Of a DNA stretch of 64,000 nucleotides, positions 55,282 through 64,000 are shown piece after piece. Within the stretch, counting starts at the first letter, position 1. Every line of letters begins with the position of its first letter. Under the pieces are notes generated by a model, which worked only from the letters and a program-made list of their open reading frames with translations, ran no database searches and had not been told where the DNA came from. Position numbers and translations under genes: made by a program. This DNA is from Gemmatimonas sp. (GTDB taxonomy: Bacteria > Gemmatimonadota > Gemmatimonadetes > Gemmatimonadales > Gemmatimonadaceae): the NCBI GenBank assembly GCA_965279375.1, contig OZ257156.1, forward strand, positions 1,824,001-1,888,000. Reading direction: 5' to 3'.

Positions 55282-57341
55282 CGCGGATCCTGGTTGTAGG
55301 TGCTGCGCTGGCCGCGCTGGCCAGCACCTTGGCGCTGCTCGTCACGCGCCCTGCGCGCGTCGTCGGTCTTCTCCCATTCACGTGCCATGCCGCGATCACG
55401 CGGTCCTTGTCCCATTGCCTGATTGTCCGCACCGCCGTTGGCGGTCGCGCCCTGCGTCATCCCAATCGCTTCCTGCTGGCCAACGCGCGCGACACTCGAC
55501 TCACCGCGCGTGCTGCCGGTGATCTGCACACTGTCAGCGGTCAACCCATGCCGGCCGAGCGCGTCCTGCAACTCCGCCGTGTGCGCGCGCAATCGATCCG
55601 CGCTCGCTGCGTCCGTCGTGATCTGTGCGCCTACGGTATTGCCGCGCAGATCGACGGTGATCCGCTGCATGCCGTTGGGGCCTTCCACGTCGAGGGTCAT
55701 GCTCGAAAGCGCGCCGGCTGGCGCATCGGCCCGCAGCTGCTGCACTTCCGCGACCCGTTCTGCAGAGGCGATGCCTGCCGGCGCCGCCGCCGCCGTCGGT
55801 GCGGCCGTGTGCGTGCCGTTCTGTGTGGTGCTCTGCGCGCTGTTGAGCGTACCGTAGCCTGACGTCGCGTTGTCGGCACCAGACTGACGAACGCGTCCCT
55901 TGCCGTTGGACGACGTGTTGGCGTTCTGCTCACCGCTCGATGCGTTGCGCGCATCCTGTCCACCGCTGCGCGAGCTCGCCGAACCGTTCGCGCTGGCCAT
56001 CGTGGCGTAGGACGACATCGCGCTGGGCATGCCGTTGCTGGTGTCCGCGCCGGCCGTGCGCTCACCCACACGCGCAACGGATGCGACACCGGCGACGCCA
56101 GCCACCTGCGCGACCGATGCCTGCGACGCGGATTGCGATGCCGTCGCGCTCACCGTCACGTTGGCTGCGCGCCGCTCGATCAGGCTCGCCACGTTGGCCG
56201 CGGCATCCGTCTGTGCGCCGTTGCGTGCGAGCTCGAGGTGTCCCGGATCCTTGAGGCCGAGTGTGCGCAGCCCTTCTTCGCGTGCGATGCGCTGCAGTCG
56301 CGCAAAGCCGTCGGCGTTGTTCCACGATCCATCGACGAGCACGTCCACTGCTTCGCCGCGGGTGTGTGCCGAGTCGTGCGTCCACGTGACAATGGGACCT
56401 TGGCGCGTCCGGCCTTGGGCGTACAGGAAATCCTGGCGCTCCTGCGAACGCGCGGTCTCGACGATGCTGACGTCGCTGCCGTACTCGTCGCGCATGCGCG
56501 CAATGACACGATCCAGTCGGGCGCGCAGCTCCGGCGCGAGTGCGCTCGGATCGCGCACCGGCGTGGTCACGTCCGCGGCAGACGTCGCGTTGGCGGCGGC
56601 GAGCGCTGCGGCGTGCGCTGCGGCGTGCATGGCCGCGAGGCTCGCCGGATCTGTCCCGAAGTTGGCGCCAACGCCGGAACCGGTATTGGCAATCGCGAGC
56701 GCTTCGAGCGTGCCGGCCTGCGCGAGCAGTGCATCCATCGCGGCGAGCACACTGGCGCCCTTGGAATCGCCGAGTGCCAACAGCTGTTCACGGCGAGCAC
56801 CGCGCTTGCTGGCCTGCAGCAACGATGCGCGCAGGCTTGCGTCGAGCGCGGAGGCGTTTCCGGTACGCGACAGACCGCCTGCGCTCAAGCCGAGCAGCGT
56901 GTCGGTGTCGCCAGACTCGTTCAGCACGTCGTTGAGCAGCGCGGACATCTCGCGCGTCGAGCTGCGCGAGCCACTCTGCATCAGTCCGTAGCGCAGTGCA
57001 TCGGTGGCATCGCTCTGCGCGCCGTTGGCCGTCGTCGAGAACAGTGTCTCCGAGCTCTCGTCCGTCGGGGTTTCCGGCGCACCATTCAGCAGACGGTCCA
57101 CCAGCGATGCATTGCCCGGCGAGAGCTGACGAAGCGCCTCGGCGCGCGCCGCCGGCGACGCACCGGCGAGTAGCGCCAGCAGCAGTGAAAAGTCGGGACG
57201 TGCCCGCGCGACGCGCTTGTCGTCGGCGTTGTCGTCACGCGTGTCGTCCGTCGCGGCGTCGGATCGCGAGACGGGCTCGGGACGCGAGAACGGCTCCGGG
57301 CGTGATGCCCTGAAGATCGGAGCTGCGCTGGTGGCGATCAT
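55278..57341 (-). CDS. fliK: FliK-like hook-length control protein carrying an internal M15-family Zn peptidase domain
   Basis: Lies directly before flgD; Ala/Ser/Thr-rich low-complexity regions; C-terminal switch domain ([32 protein letters not shown]); central [34 protein letters not shown]-coupled at both ends. Confidence 0.8.
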   Translation of the reverse strand: MIATSAAPIFRASRPEPFSRPEPVSRSDAATDDTRDDNADDKRVARARPDFSLLLALLAGASPAARAEALRQLSPGNASLVDRLLNGAPETPTDESSETLFSTTANGAQSDATDALRYGLMQSGSRSSTREMSALLNDVLNESGDTDTLLGLSAGGLSRTGNASALDASLRASLLQASKRGARREQLLALGDSKGASVLAAMDALLAQAGTLEALAIANTGSGVGANFGTDPASLAAMHAAAHAAALAAANATSAADVTTPVRDPSALAPELRARLDRVIARMRDEYGSDVSIVETARSQERQDFLYAQGRTRQGPIVTWTHDSAHTRGEAVDVLVDGSWNNADGFARLQRIAREEGLRTLGLKDPGHLELARNGAQTDAAANVASLIERRAANVTVSATASQSASQASVAQVAGVAGVASVARVGERTAGADTSNGMPSAMSSYATMASANGSASSRSGGQDARNASSGEQNANTSSNGKGRVRQSGADNATSGYGTLNSAQSTTQNGTHTAAPTAAAAPAGIASAERVAEVQQLRADAPAGALSSMTLDVEGPNGMQRITVDLRGNTVGAQITTDAASADRLRAHTAELQDALGRHGLTADSVQITGSTRGESSVARVGQQEAIGMTQGATANGGADNQAMGQGPRDRGMAREWEKTDDARRARDEQRQGAGQRGQRSTYNQDPR

Positions 57342-58135
57342 GGCTGTGAGCCTCCGGCGCGACCTTTCGTCACGGCGGCAGCGCGAGCGGGCGGCAGCGC
57401 GGTGAGAATCGCCGCGGCCTGCTTGTCGGTCATCATCCCCAGGATCGTGCGGACATCGCTGTCGTTCATCTGGTCGAGCACCTTGGCCGCTTCCTTGGCC
57501 TGCATCGCGCCGAAGATCTTGGCGAGCCGCGCCTCGGGGAGTGCCGTCTCGAGGGCGTCGCGACGGGCGTTGTTCACCGCGTCGGCCGCGCTGCGGGTCG
57601 CCGTGCTCGGGCCAGTCGGTGCGACGAGCTTCGGCGCGGGCGCGTGCGAGTCGGTCGCAGCGGGTTTGGTCTCGTGCGAGGCGGCGACGGGGATCGGCTG
57701 CACCTCGCGTGGCGCGGCCTTCGCCGGCGGCTCGTGCGACGCAGCCTTCTTGGGCATCGGCTTCGCGGAAGCCTTGGACTCCGGCGTGGCTTCGGGGGCG
57801 TGCTCGCCCTTGACCGGCGGCTTGGCCACCGGCTTCGCGTCGGCGAGTCCCTTGGTCTCTTCGTGCAGCGAGGTGCGCGCCGCATCGAGCGCGCGGATGC
57901 TGTCGGCGGGCGTCATCGGCTCGAGTGGCGCGGTCAGCGTGTCCTCGTGCGAGGCCGTGCTGTCCGTCGCTTCGCCCTCGTGCTTCGTCGAATCCGCGGG
58001 ATGCGCCTTGAGGCTGTCGGCGAGATGCGTGGAATCCGCGACGTACTTCTTGGCCGCACGCATGTACGAGTAGCCGGATCCGCCGCCGAGTCCGGCGAGG
58101 ATGCCAATCACTGCGGGAATGATCAATGCTTTCAT
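57338..58135 (-). CDS. MotE/YlxF-like flagellar protein (N-terminal anchor, C-terminal helical MgtE_N-like repeats)
   Basis: RLAKIFGAMQAKEAAKVLDQM..ILGMM..KQAAAIL..L.P..AA; lies between fliJ and fliK. Confidence 0.75.
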   Translation of the reverse strand: MKALIIPAVIGILAGLGGGSGYSYMRAAKKYVADSTHLADSLKAHPADSTKHEGEATDSTASHEDTLTAPLEPMTPADSIRALDAARTSLHEETKGLADAKPVAKPPVKGEHAPEATPESKASAKPMPKKAASHEPPAKAAPREVQPIPVAASHETKPAATDSHAPAPKLVAPTGPSTATRSAADAVNNARRDALETALPEARLAKIFGAMQAKEAAKVLDQMNDSDVRTILGMMTDKQAAAILTALPPARAAAVTKGRAGGSQP

Positions 58136-58650
58136 CGATTCGGACCGTTGTGACGTGTGGAGTTGCCATGTCCGGCGCCCGACGACTGCGCCACCTGTTC
58201 CTGCTGTCGGGCTTCCAGCGTGCGACCAAAACGTGCAAGTGCGATTTCATCCATCTGCAGCCGATCCTTGTGCGCCTCTTCGGCGCGCCAGGCGAGTGCA
58301 TGCCGCTCCTTCAACCGATCGAGCACGCGACGATCGCGGGCGGCGACTTCCAGCGCGCTCTGAGCCGACACCACGACTTCATCGGCGGACTTCACGACGT
58401 CGACGGCGGAGTCGATCCGCTCCTCCAGCGACTGCAGCACGACACCCAGCTGCTGCAGATGTCCGATGCGCGGCGCTTCCTGCTGCGCCACGCGAATTTC
58501 GGTGCGCGAGCTTTCATGCAGCGCTTCGAGCTCCGCCTGTGTGCGACGCGCGCTCTCCGCGGCATCACGAGCGGCCGCCAGCGTGCGCGACGCGGCCTGT
58601 TCGGCCTCCTCGCGCAGCTCGAGAACGCGCTGCAGACGAAAGCGGAACAT
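58132..58650 (-). CDS. fliJ: Flagellar export protein FliJ
   Basis: MFRFRLQRVLELRE, coiled coil and LDRLKER..MDEIA. Confidence 0.9.
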   Translation of the reverse strand: MFRFRLQRVLELREEAEQAASRTLAAARDAAESARRTQAELEALHESSRTEIRVAQQEAPRIGHLQQLGVVLQSLEERIDSAVDVVKSADEVVVSAQSALEVAARDRRVLDRLKERHALAWRAEEAHKDRLQMDEIALARFGRTLEARQQEQVAQSSGAGHGNSTRHNGPNR

Positions 58651-60032
58651 CAGCTGCGCCTCTGCACAGCCGACTCAATCGACTGCCCGATGGCGGCGAG
58701 GGCGGCGTAGGTATCCGAGTACTCCGAGATCTCGTCCGGCCGCTGCTGCAGAAACTCCAGCGCGCGCTCGCGGTAGGTGATCGCAGCATCGACGTACGCA
58801 TCGCTGCCACGCTGATACGCGCCGACCATGATCAGGTCTTCTTTCTCGCGATACGCCGCTTCCAGTCGCAGCAAGGCGCTGCCGGCACGCTTCTGCGTAT
58901 CGTCGACGATGTGGTCCCGCACACGACTCTTCGATTCGAGCACATCGATGGCGGGAAAGTGGTTCTGTGCAGCCAGCCGGCGCGTCAGCACGATGTGTCC
59001 GTCGAGGATCGATCGGGCCGCGTCCGCGACAGGCTCGTTGAAGTCGTCGCCATCCACGAGCACCGTGTAGATACCGGTGATGCCACCAACTGCTGCGTTG
59101 CCTGCGCGCTCGAGCAAGCGCGGCAGCGAGGCAAACACCGATGGTGGATATCCCTTGGTGGTGGGCGGCTCGCCGGTGGCGAGGCCGATCTCACGCCACG
59201 CCATCGCGACGCGCGTGACCGAGTCCACCATGAGCAGCACCTGCTTGCCCTGATCGCGGAAGTACTCGGCAATGGCCGTGGCAACCAGCGCACCGCGCGC
59301 ACGAATGAGTGCGGCCTGGTCGCCGGTTGCGACGATGACGACGGAGCGAGCGAGTCCTTCCTCGCCCAACGAGTTCTCGATGAAGTCGCGCACTTCGCGA
59401 CCGCGTTCGCCCAACAGCGCGATGACGTTGACATCGGCCTGTGCGTGACGCGCAATCATGCCGAGCATCGTGCTCTTGCCCACGCCGGAACCGGCGAAGA
59501 TGCCAACGCGCTGGCCGCGACCGATCGTGAGCAGGCCGTCGATGGTGCGCACGCCAGTTTCGAGCGGACGATCGATCGTTTCGCGCTCGAGCGGGTTGGG
59601 CGGTTCCGCAGACAGCGGCACGCGGTCGACGACGTCAACCTTGCCCTTGCCGTCGATGGGATGACCGAGACCGTTGAGCACGCGACCAAGCAATCCGGGG
59701 CCCACGTCCACGCCGAACGTGCGGCCGAGCGGCTGCACGCTGCAGCCCGGATGCAGTCCGTCAAGCTCACCAAGCGGCATGAGCAACACGCCGCGTTCGT
59801 GAAAGCCCACGACTTCCGCCAACACCGAGCGATCGCGCGAATGCGACGTGATGCGGCACAATGCACCGAGTCCCACTTCGAGGCCTGTGGCTTCGAGGAC
59901 GAGACCCACCATGCGCGTGACACGACCGTACGTCGCGAAGCGATCTTCCTTGTCCAATCGGTTGAGCATCGACTCGGAAACCGGCGCGGTGTCGTTGTCG
60001 AACCCGGTGTGGATGTGCATCGTCCCGGTCAT
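58650..60032 (-). CDS. fliI: Flagellar export ATPase FliI
   Basis: AGSGVGKS, GERGREV, DSVTR, GYPPSVF, ERAG and LDGHIVL. Confidence 0.97.
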   Translation of the reverse strand: MTGTMHIHTGFDNDTAPVSESMLNRLDKEDRFATYGRVTRMVGLVLEATGLEVGLGALCRITSHSRDRSVLAEVVGFHERGVLLMPLGELDGLHPGCSVQPLGRTFGVDVGPGLLGRVLNGLGHPIDGKGKVDVVDRVPLSAEPPNPLERETIDRPLETGVRTIDGLLTIGRGQRVGIFAGSGVGKSTMLGMIARHAQADVNVIALLGERGREVRDFIENSLGEEGLARSVVIVATGDQAALIRARGALVATAIAEYFRDQGKQVLLMVDSVTRVAMAWREIGLATGEPPTTKGYPPSVFASLPRLLERAGNAAVGGITGIYTVLVDGDDFNEPVADAARSILDGHIVLTRRLAAQNHFPAIDVLESKSRVRDHIVDDTQKRAGSALLRLEAAYREKEDLIMVGAYQRGSDAYVDAAITYRERALEFLQQRPDEISEYSDTYAALAAIGQSIESAVQRRS

Positions 60033-60697
60033 CAGGCCTGCACCTGCCCAATCGTGCGATAGGCGCGCTCGAGCGACGTGTCCACGCGCCCGTCGATGAT
60101 GCGCTCGCGTCCTTCCACGAGACATCCACCGCGCAGGATGTGCGAATCCGCTGCCCAGCGCACGTCGCGCACTCGGCCGGCGCCATCGGGCGTGATCAGA
60201 TCGCCACAGGCGCCGATGTCATCCGGATGCAGTCGCACGTGAATCACCTGGTCGATCGGAAATTGCGTGACCGCGCGCTGCACCATCTCGCGAACGATCT
60301 CGGGGTCGGCCTCGACTTCGCGTTGCACGATGTGGCGCGCCACCACCACGGCCAACGCGGCGATGTTCTCTTCGGCGTTGGACGTCCAGCGCGCCTCATG
60401 CAGGCGCACCGATTCGGTCGCGGCATGCAGCGCTTGCAGCGCAGAGGCCAGCGTCGCTTCGGCGTGTTGCCGAACCGCACGCTCCCCGTCGGCGCGACCG
60501 CGTGCGTACGCGGCGGCTTCCGCCTGTTCGCGATCGCGTGTGGCGACGTCGAGCGCCATCTCCGCACTCTCTTCCGCCGTCGGCTCGTCCGCCGAGGAAA
60601 ACACATCCAACGGCATCGCGAACGGATCGGACGCGCCGAGCTCTTCGAGCGCCCAGGCAGTGGCCAGCATCGGTCGCATCGGCTTAGACGATGACAT
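60032..60697 (-). CDS. fliH: Flagellar assembly protein FliH
   Basis: AYARGRADG, VRLHPDD and GGCLVE..IIDGR; lies between fliG and fliI. Confidence 0.88.
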   Translation of the reverse strand: MSSSKPMRPMLATAWALEELGASDPFAMPLDVFSSADEPTAEESAEMALDVATRDREQAEAAAYARGRADGERAVRQHAEATLASALQALHAATESVRLHEARWTSNAEENIAALAVVVARHIVQREVEADPEIVREMVQRAVTQFPIDQVIHVRLHPDDIGACGDLITPDGAGRVRDVRWAADSHILRGGCLVEGRERIIDGRVDTSLERAYRTIGQVQA

Positions 60698-61727
60698 CGT
60701 CGGTACCACCGCTCATCACGATCTCGCCGGACTCTTCGAGGGCGCGCACCTTCGACACGATGTCCGTCTGCGCGGCTTCGACGTCGCGCATCTTGACCGG
60801 TCCGAGGAACTCGATCTCTTCCTTCAGGCCTGCGACTGCGCGCTGCGACATCGTGCCCATGATCTTGGTTCGGAGTTCCGCACTGGCCGCCTTGAGCGCG
60901 AGCGCGAGCTGCTTCACATCGACTTCGCGGAGGAGGCGCTGCAGCGACTTGTCGTCCAGCGACATGAGATCCTCGAAGACGAACATGAGGTTCTTGATCT
61001 GATCGCTGATGTGCGGGTCCTTCTCGGTGACGAAGTCGAGCACTTCCTTCTCGAGCGACGAGCTGACGAGGTTGAGCACCGCGGCCACGGCCGCCGGTCC
61101 ACCCACCGAGCTCATGCCCTGCGAGAATGCGAGATCCGCCTCGTTGCCGATGGCGCGCTCCACGAGCGAGATCATGTCGGGCGAAACCTTCTCCATGCGC
61201 GCGATGCGATACATCACGTCGCCGCCGAGCGCTGGATCGATCTCGCGCAGGATCGCCGCGACGTGCGCGGGATCGAGGTGTGCGAGAATTAGGGCGATCG
61301 TCTGCGGATGTTCACCGCGCAGCGTGCTGCCGAGCTGCTGTGGGTCGGCGCGACGCAGGCGACCAAAGCGATCGCTGTCGGCGAGCTGACCCTGAATGCG
61401 CTTGAGGATGGCTGTGGCGCGGACGTCGCCGAAGGCGCGCTCCAAAACGTCGCGGGCGAAGTCCACGCCACCGGTGCTGATCGAATCGACGCCGAGCGTG
61501 AGCTCCAGCCATTCGTTCAGTACGAAGCTGACCGATTCCTCGGGCACGCGATCGAGCTGCGCCATCTCGAGCGCGACGATCTCCGCCTCTTCAGCATTGA
61601 GACCCGCGGTGATGGTAGCGGCATGTTCCGGCCCGATCGCCATGCACACGATGGCAACCTTCTGCCGACCGGTGAGGCGATCTGGAGCGTACTTGTCAGC
61701 GGGCGAAATACGAGCGAGGGCAACCAT
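60684..61727 (-). CDS. fliG: Flagellar switch protein FliG
   Basis: LTGRQKVAI, GGVDFA, EHPQTIALILAHL, MFVFED and MSQRA. Confidence 0.97.
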   Translation of the reverse strand: MVALARISPADKYAPDRLTGRQKVAIVCMAIGPEHAATITAGLNAEEAEIVALEMAQLDRVPEESVSFVLNEWLELTLGVDSISTGGVDFARDVLERAFGDVRATAILKRIQGQLADSDRFGRLRRADPQQLGSTLRGEHPQTIALILAHLDPAHVAAILREIDPALGGDVMYRIARMEKVSPDMISLVERAIGNEADLAFSQGMSSVGGPAAVAAVLNLVSSSLEKEVLDFVTEKDPHISDQIKNLMFVFEDLMSLDDKSLQRLLREVDVKQLALALKAASAELRTKIMGTMSQRAVAGLKEEIEFLGPVKMRDVEAAQTDIVSKVRALEESGEIVMSGGTDDVIV

Positions 61728-61739
61728 GGATAGCGATGA

Positions 61740-63395
61740 TCAGCGGTCAGAGCTAATAAGGGACTTCGCCGTGCGGATCGCGGCGGCCGGTCGCTGCTCG
61801 ACCATCGCAATGGCCTGCTCACGCTCTTCGGTGACGACCTGTGGGGGCAGCACGACCTGTCGGCGCTGGTCCAGCTGCCCTGTGCCATCGGCGTCCATGT
61901 CCATCCCGTCGATCGTGCGCATGCCGTTCATCGCATTCGGTTGCTGCCCACTCTGCAGCGCCTGCTGCATGGCGTCGTTCATCTGGCTGGAGGCTGGAAG
62001 TTCGGCGTAGCCAGGGGCGGCGTTGAGCGCTGCCTGTGTGGCCGCATCCAGCTTGGGCTTTTTCTGCTTCAGTGCGCCGAGCACGAGGACGGCGACCACG
62101 AGCACCACGACGAGCGCGGCGATCGCCACCACTGGCTTCGGATTCTGCAGTACTCGGTTAACCATCGTCGGCGTCGGCAGCGTATCCTTGGCCACCGGCG
62201 GCGCCGGAACGAAGAACGGCGCGCTGACCACACTCACCTGATCGCCACGCGCACTGTCAGCGCCGATGGCGCGACGTACGAGCGAATCCACGCGCAGCAA
62301 CTCGGCGGGCGTACGCGGCGTGATCGTCGGCTCGGCCGGCGGTGCAGCCTTGGCGGCGGCAGACGTATCGACCGGCGGCATCGTCACCTTGTCGGCAATG
62401 AGCACTGCAACGGTCAGCTTCTTGATGCCACCAACGGACGCGACGTAATTCTCCGTCGCACGCGTGTAGTCGTACTGTGACGTCGTGTTGTTGAACGCGG
62501 CGCCCTGCGTGGGTGCGCTGGGCGTGACTTCCTGCTTGGCTTCGCTGGTGAGCGCCTGCTTGTCAGGGTCGATCGACTGTGTGTTGCGCTCGATGCGATC
62601 GAAGTTGAGATCGGCCGAGAGCTGCACTCGCGCATTGCCCGCGCCATACGTGGCGATGAGCAGCGGCTCGATCTTCGACTTGAGTTCCTTCTCCACTTCG
62701 CGCTGCTGCTCGAGCTGACGGCTCGTCAGTCCCGTGATGCTGTTCGGCTCATCGAGCGTCAGTGCCTGGCCGCGTTCGTCCACGATGGTGACGTTGTCGG
62801 GCGCGAGACCGCCGACGCTGCCGGCCACGAGGCGCTGAATGCCGCGCACCGTCTTCTCAGGTGGAGCATCGCCGGTGGCCATCGACAGCGTAACGGAGGC
62901 CTTCGACGGGCGCTCGTTCTGCTTGAAGATCTGATCGTCTTCGAGCGCGAGATGCACCTGCACCGACTTCACGTCGGTCATCGCGCCGATGTTGCGCTCG
63001 AGCTCACCTTCCATCGCGCGACGGAAATTCACCTTCTGCGTGAAGTCGGTCATGCCCCACGCCGGCTTGTCGAACAGTTCGAGGCCAGGACGGCCCGTCT
63101 CCACGAGTCCTGCGCCCGAGAGCTCGACGCGCGCTTTCGCGACGTCGGCCGAGTCCACTTTGATGGTGTTTCCGCCATCGGTGAGGTCGTACTTGATGCC
63201 CAGCTCGAGGAGCTTGGCGGTCATCTTGCTGACCGACGATGCGGGCACGTTGGTGACCAGCGGGACCATGACCGGACGCGCCGCGTACTGCGAGACGCCG
63301 TACACCGCTGCGGTAACGAGCACACCAACGCCGATGATGAGCGCCTGTCGCAGGCCACCAACGCGGTCGAGCAGATTTTGCAAAAAGTCAGGCAT
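61740..63395 (-). CDS. fliF: Flagellar MS-ring protein FliF
   Basis: GLELFDK..GMTDF.Q..N..RAMEGEL, VHLAL, KASV, NVTIVD and IKKLTVAV; two TM segments. Confidence 0.95.
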   Translation of the reverse strand: MPDFLQNLLDRVGGLRQALIIGVGVLVTAAVYGVSQYAARPVMVPLVTNVPASSVSKMTAKLLELGIKYDLTDGGNTIKVDSADVAKARVELSGAGLVETGRPGLELFDKPAWGMTDFTQKVNFRRAMEGELERNIGAMTDVKSVQVHLALEDDQIFKQNERPSKASVTLSMATGDAPPEKTVRGIQRLVAGSVGGLAPDNVTIVDERGQALTLDEPNSITGLTSRQLEQQREVEKELKSKIEPLLIATYGAGNARVQLSADLNFDRIERNTQSIDPDKQALTSEAKQEVTPSAPTQGAAFNNTTSQYDYTRATENYVASVGGIKKLTVAVLIADKVTMPPVDTSAAAKAAPPAEPTITPRTPAELLRVDSLVRRAIGADSARGDQVSVVSAPFFVPAPPVAKDTLPTPTMVNRVLQNPKPVVAIAALVVVLVVAVLVLGALKQKKPKLDAATQAALNAAPGYAELPASSQMNDAMQQALQSGQQPNAMNGMRTIDGMDMDADGTGQLDQRRQVVLPPQVVTEEREQAIAMVEQRPAAAIRTAKSLISSDR

Positions 63396-63399
63396 GCGC

Positions 63400-63726
63400 T
63401 CAGGACTGCATGTTGATCACGGACCGATACGCCTCGACGGTCTTGTTGCGCAGTTCGATCAGGAGATCCATGGCGATGCCGGCTTCTTCGGAGGCCGCCA
63501 TGACCTGATGCATTTCGACGTTCTTGTCGCCGCTGAGGAAGCGCTCCTTCAACTCGCCAGAGCGATCGCTCGCGTCGGAGACTTCGTTGATGACGCGCTT
63601 GAGCGTGTTGCCGAAGCTGCCTTCGCCTTCCGCGATGACCGGCACCTGCACGGCGCCGGTGTCCTGGCCGCCGAACTGCGGCATGGAGCGCGTGAGGAGA
63701 TCGAGACGATTGGTGATGCTTGCCAT
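63400..63726 (-). CDS. fliE: Hook-basal body protein FliE
   Basis: SFGNTLK..HQVMAA.EEA.IA..L..E.RNK.VEAY..I.NMQ. Start at ATG 63726, just after the upstream stop. Confidence 0.92.
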   Translation of the reverse strand: MASITNRLDLLTRSMPQFGGQDTGAVQVPVIAEGEGSFGNTLKRVINEVSDASDRSGELKERFLSGDKNVEMHQVMAASEEAGIAMDLLIELRNKTVEAYRSVINMQS

Positions 63727-63733
63727 GGTGAGC

Positions 63734-64000
63734 TCAGGCCCGAACGTCGAGGCGGACACCGCGCGCGATCGGCGCGGCGGGTGGATTCGTCACGTCCTTG
63801 ATGCGGCTGTACGTGAGCGGGCCGCTGGCGGCCGACTTGGCGAAGAAGTTCCGCTCGTCACTGGTGAGCACACTCCAGAGCGACGGGTCCGTGCCCGGCG
63901 GTGCTTCAACCGGAACGGCCTGCTGCGCGGCCGCCTGTCCGGCGATCGGCGTCTGCGTCTTGAGTGGAGCGCGCGTGAGTGGCGCCGCGGCAGGGCGATT
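63734..64000 (-). CDS. Hypothetical protein, C-terminal part (5' end outside window), upstream of fliE
   Basis: Own translation, not in the ORF track: ...PVEAPPGTDPSLWSVLTSDERNFFAKSAASGPLTYSRIKDVTNPPAAPIARGVRLDVRA*. Stop lies 7 bp before the fliE ATG. Confidence 0.65.
   Translation of the reverse strand, partial: NRPAAAPLTRAPLKTQTPIAGQAAAQQAVPVEAPPGTDPSLWSVLTSDERNFFAKSAASGPLTYSRIKDVTNPPAAPIARGVRLDVRA

Noticed and set aside
57342..58301. N-terminal 320 aa of the 1007-aa ORF called by the track
   Set aside because: It overlaps the ylxF-like gene and fliJ in another frame; the real start is the ATGA-coupled ATG at 57341.
1..64000. CRISPR arrays, tRNA/rRNA genes, transposases, integrases or prophage genes
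   Set aside because: None was recognised. The M15 domain resembles phage endolysins but has no phage context and is embedded in a flagellar gene.

Overview
High-GC bacterial chromosome segment. The combination of SusC/SusD, stand-alone-type TonB plug domains and the flagellar gene order suggests Gemmatimonadota, but this is inference. There are three blocks. (1) 1-13.8 kb is a pectin utilisation locus: GH28, GH105, kduD, a CE8 pectin methylesterase fused to a TonB plug domain, SusC/SusD, a GH28-GH43 fusion and a PL10 pectate lyase. Three copies of a 21-bp palindromic operator (TTTGTTC-N7-GAACAAW) lie in front of its two convergent units. (2) 14-31 kb holds housekeeping and accessory genes: S41 protease, outer-membrane protein, methyltransferase, cysE-cysK, rmuC, long RluA, ABC exporter and an EAL-HDOD phosphodiesterase. 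(3) 31.3-64 kb is a large minus-strand flagellar cluster (fliE to motB) with three internal sigma54 promoters, each paired with an IHF-like site and a CGGCA-N5-TGCCG enhancer-like palindrome. The most striking feature is the FliK-position protein. It carries a complete M15-type Zn peptidoglycan endopeptidase domain upstream of its FliK C-terminal switch domain, while FlgJ is short and lacks a muramidase domain. This suggests the exported ruler protein could supply the cell-wall hydrolase for flagellar assembly. Other oddities are a FliO-FliP fusion with an internal signal-like segment, a FlhG with a lysine-less Walker A, a minimal FlhF, two antisense orphan genes (ChpT-like and HEXXH) splitting the cluster, and the local absence of flgM, flgL and fliW. 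No rRNA, tRNA, CRISPR array or mobile element was recognised. All domain calls come from motif recognition by eye, not from database searches.
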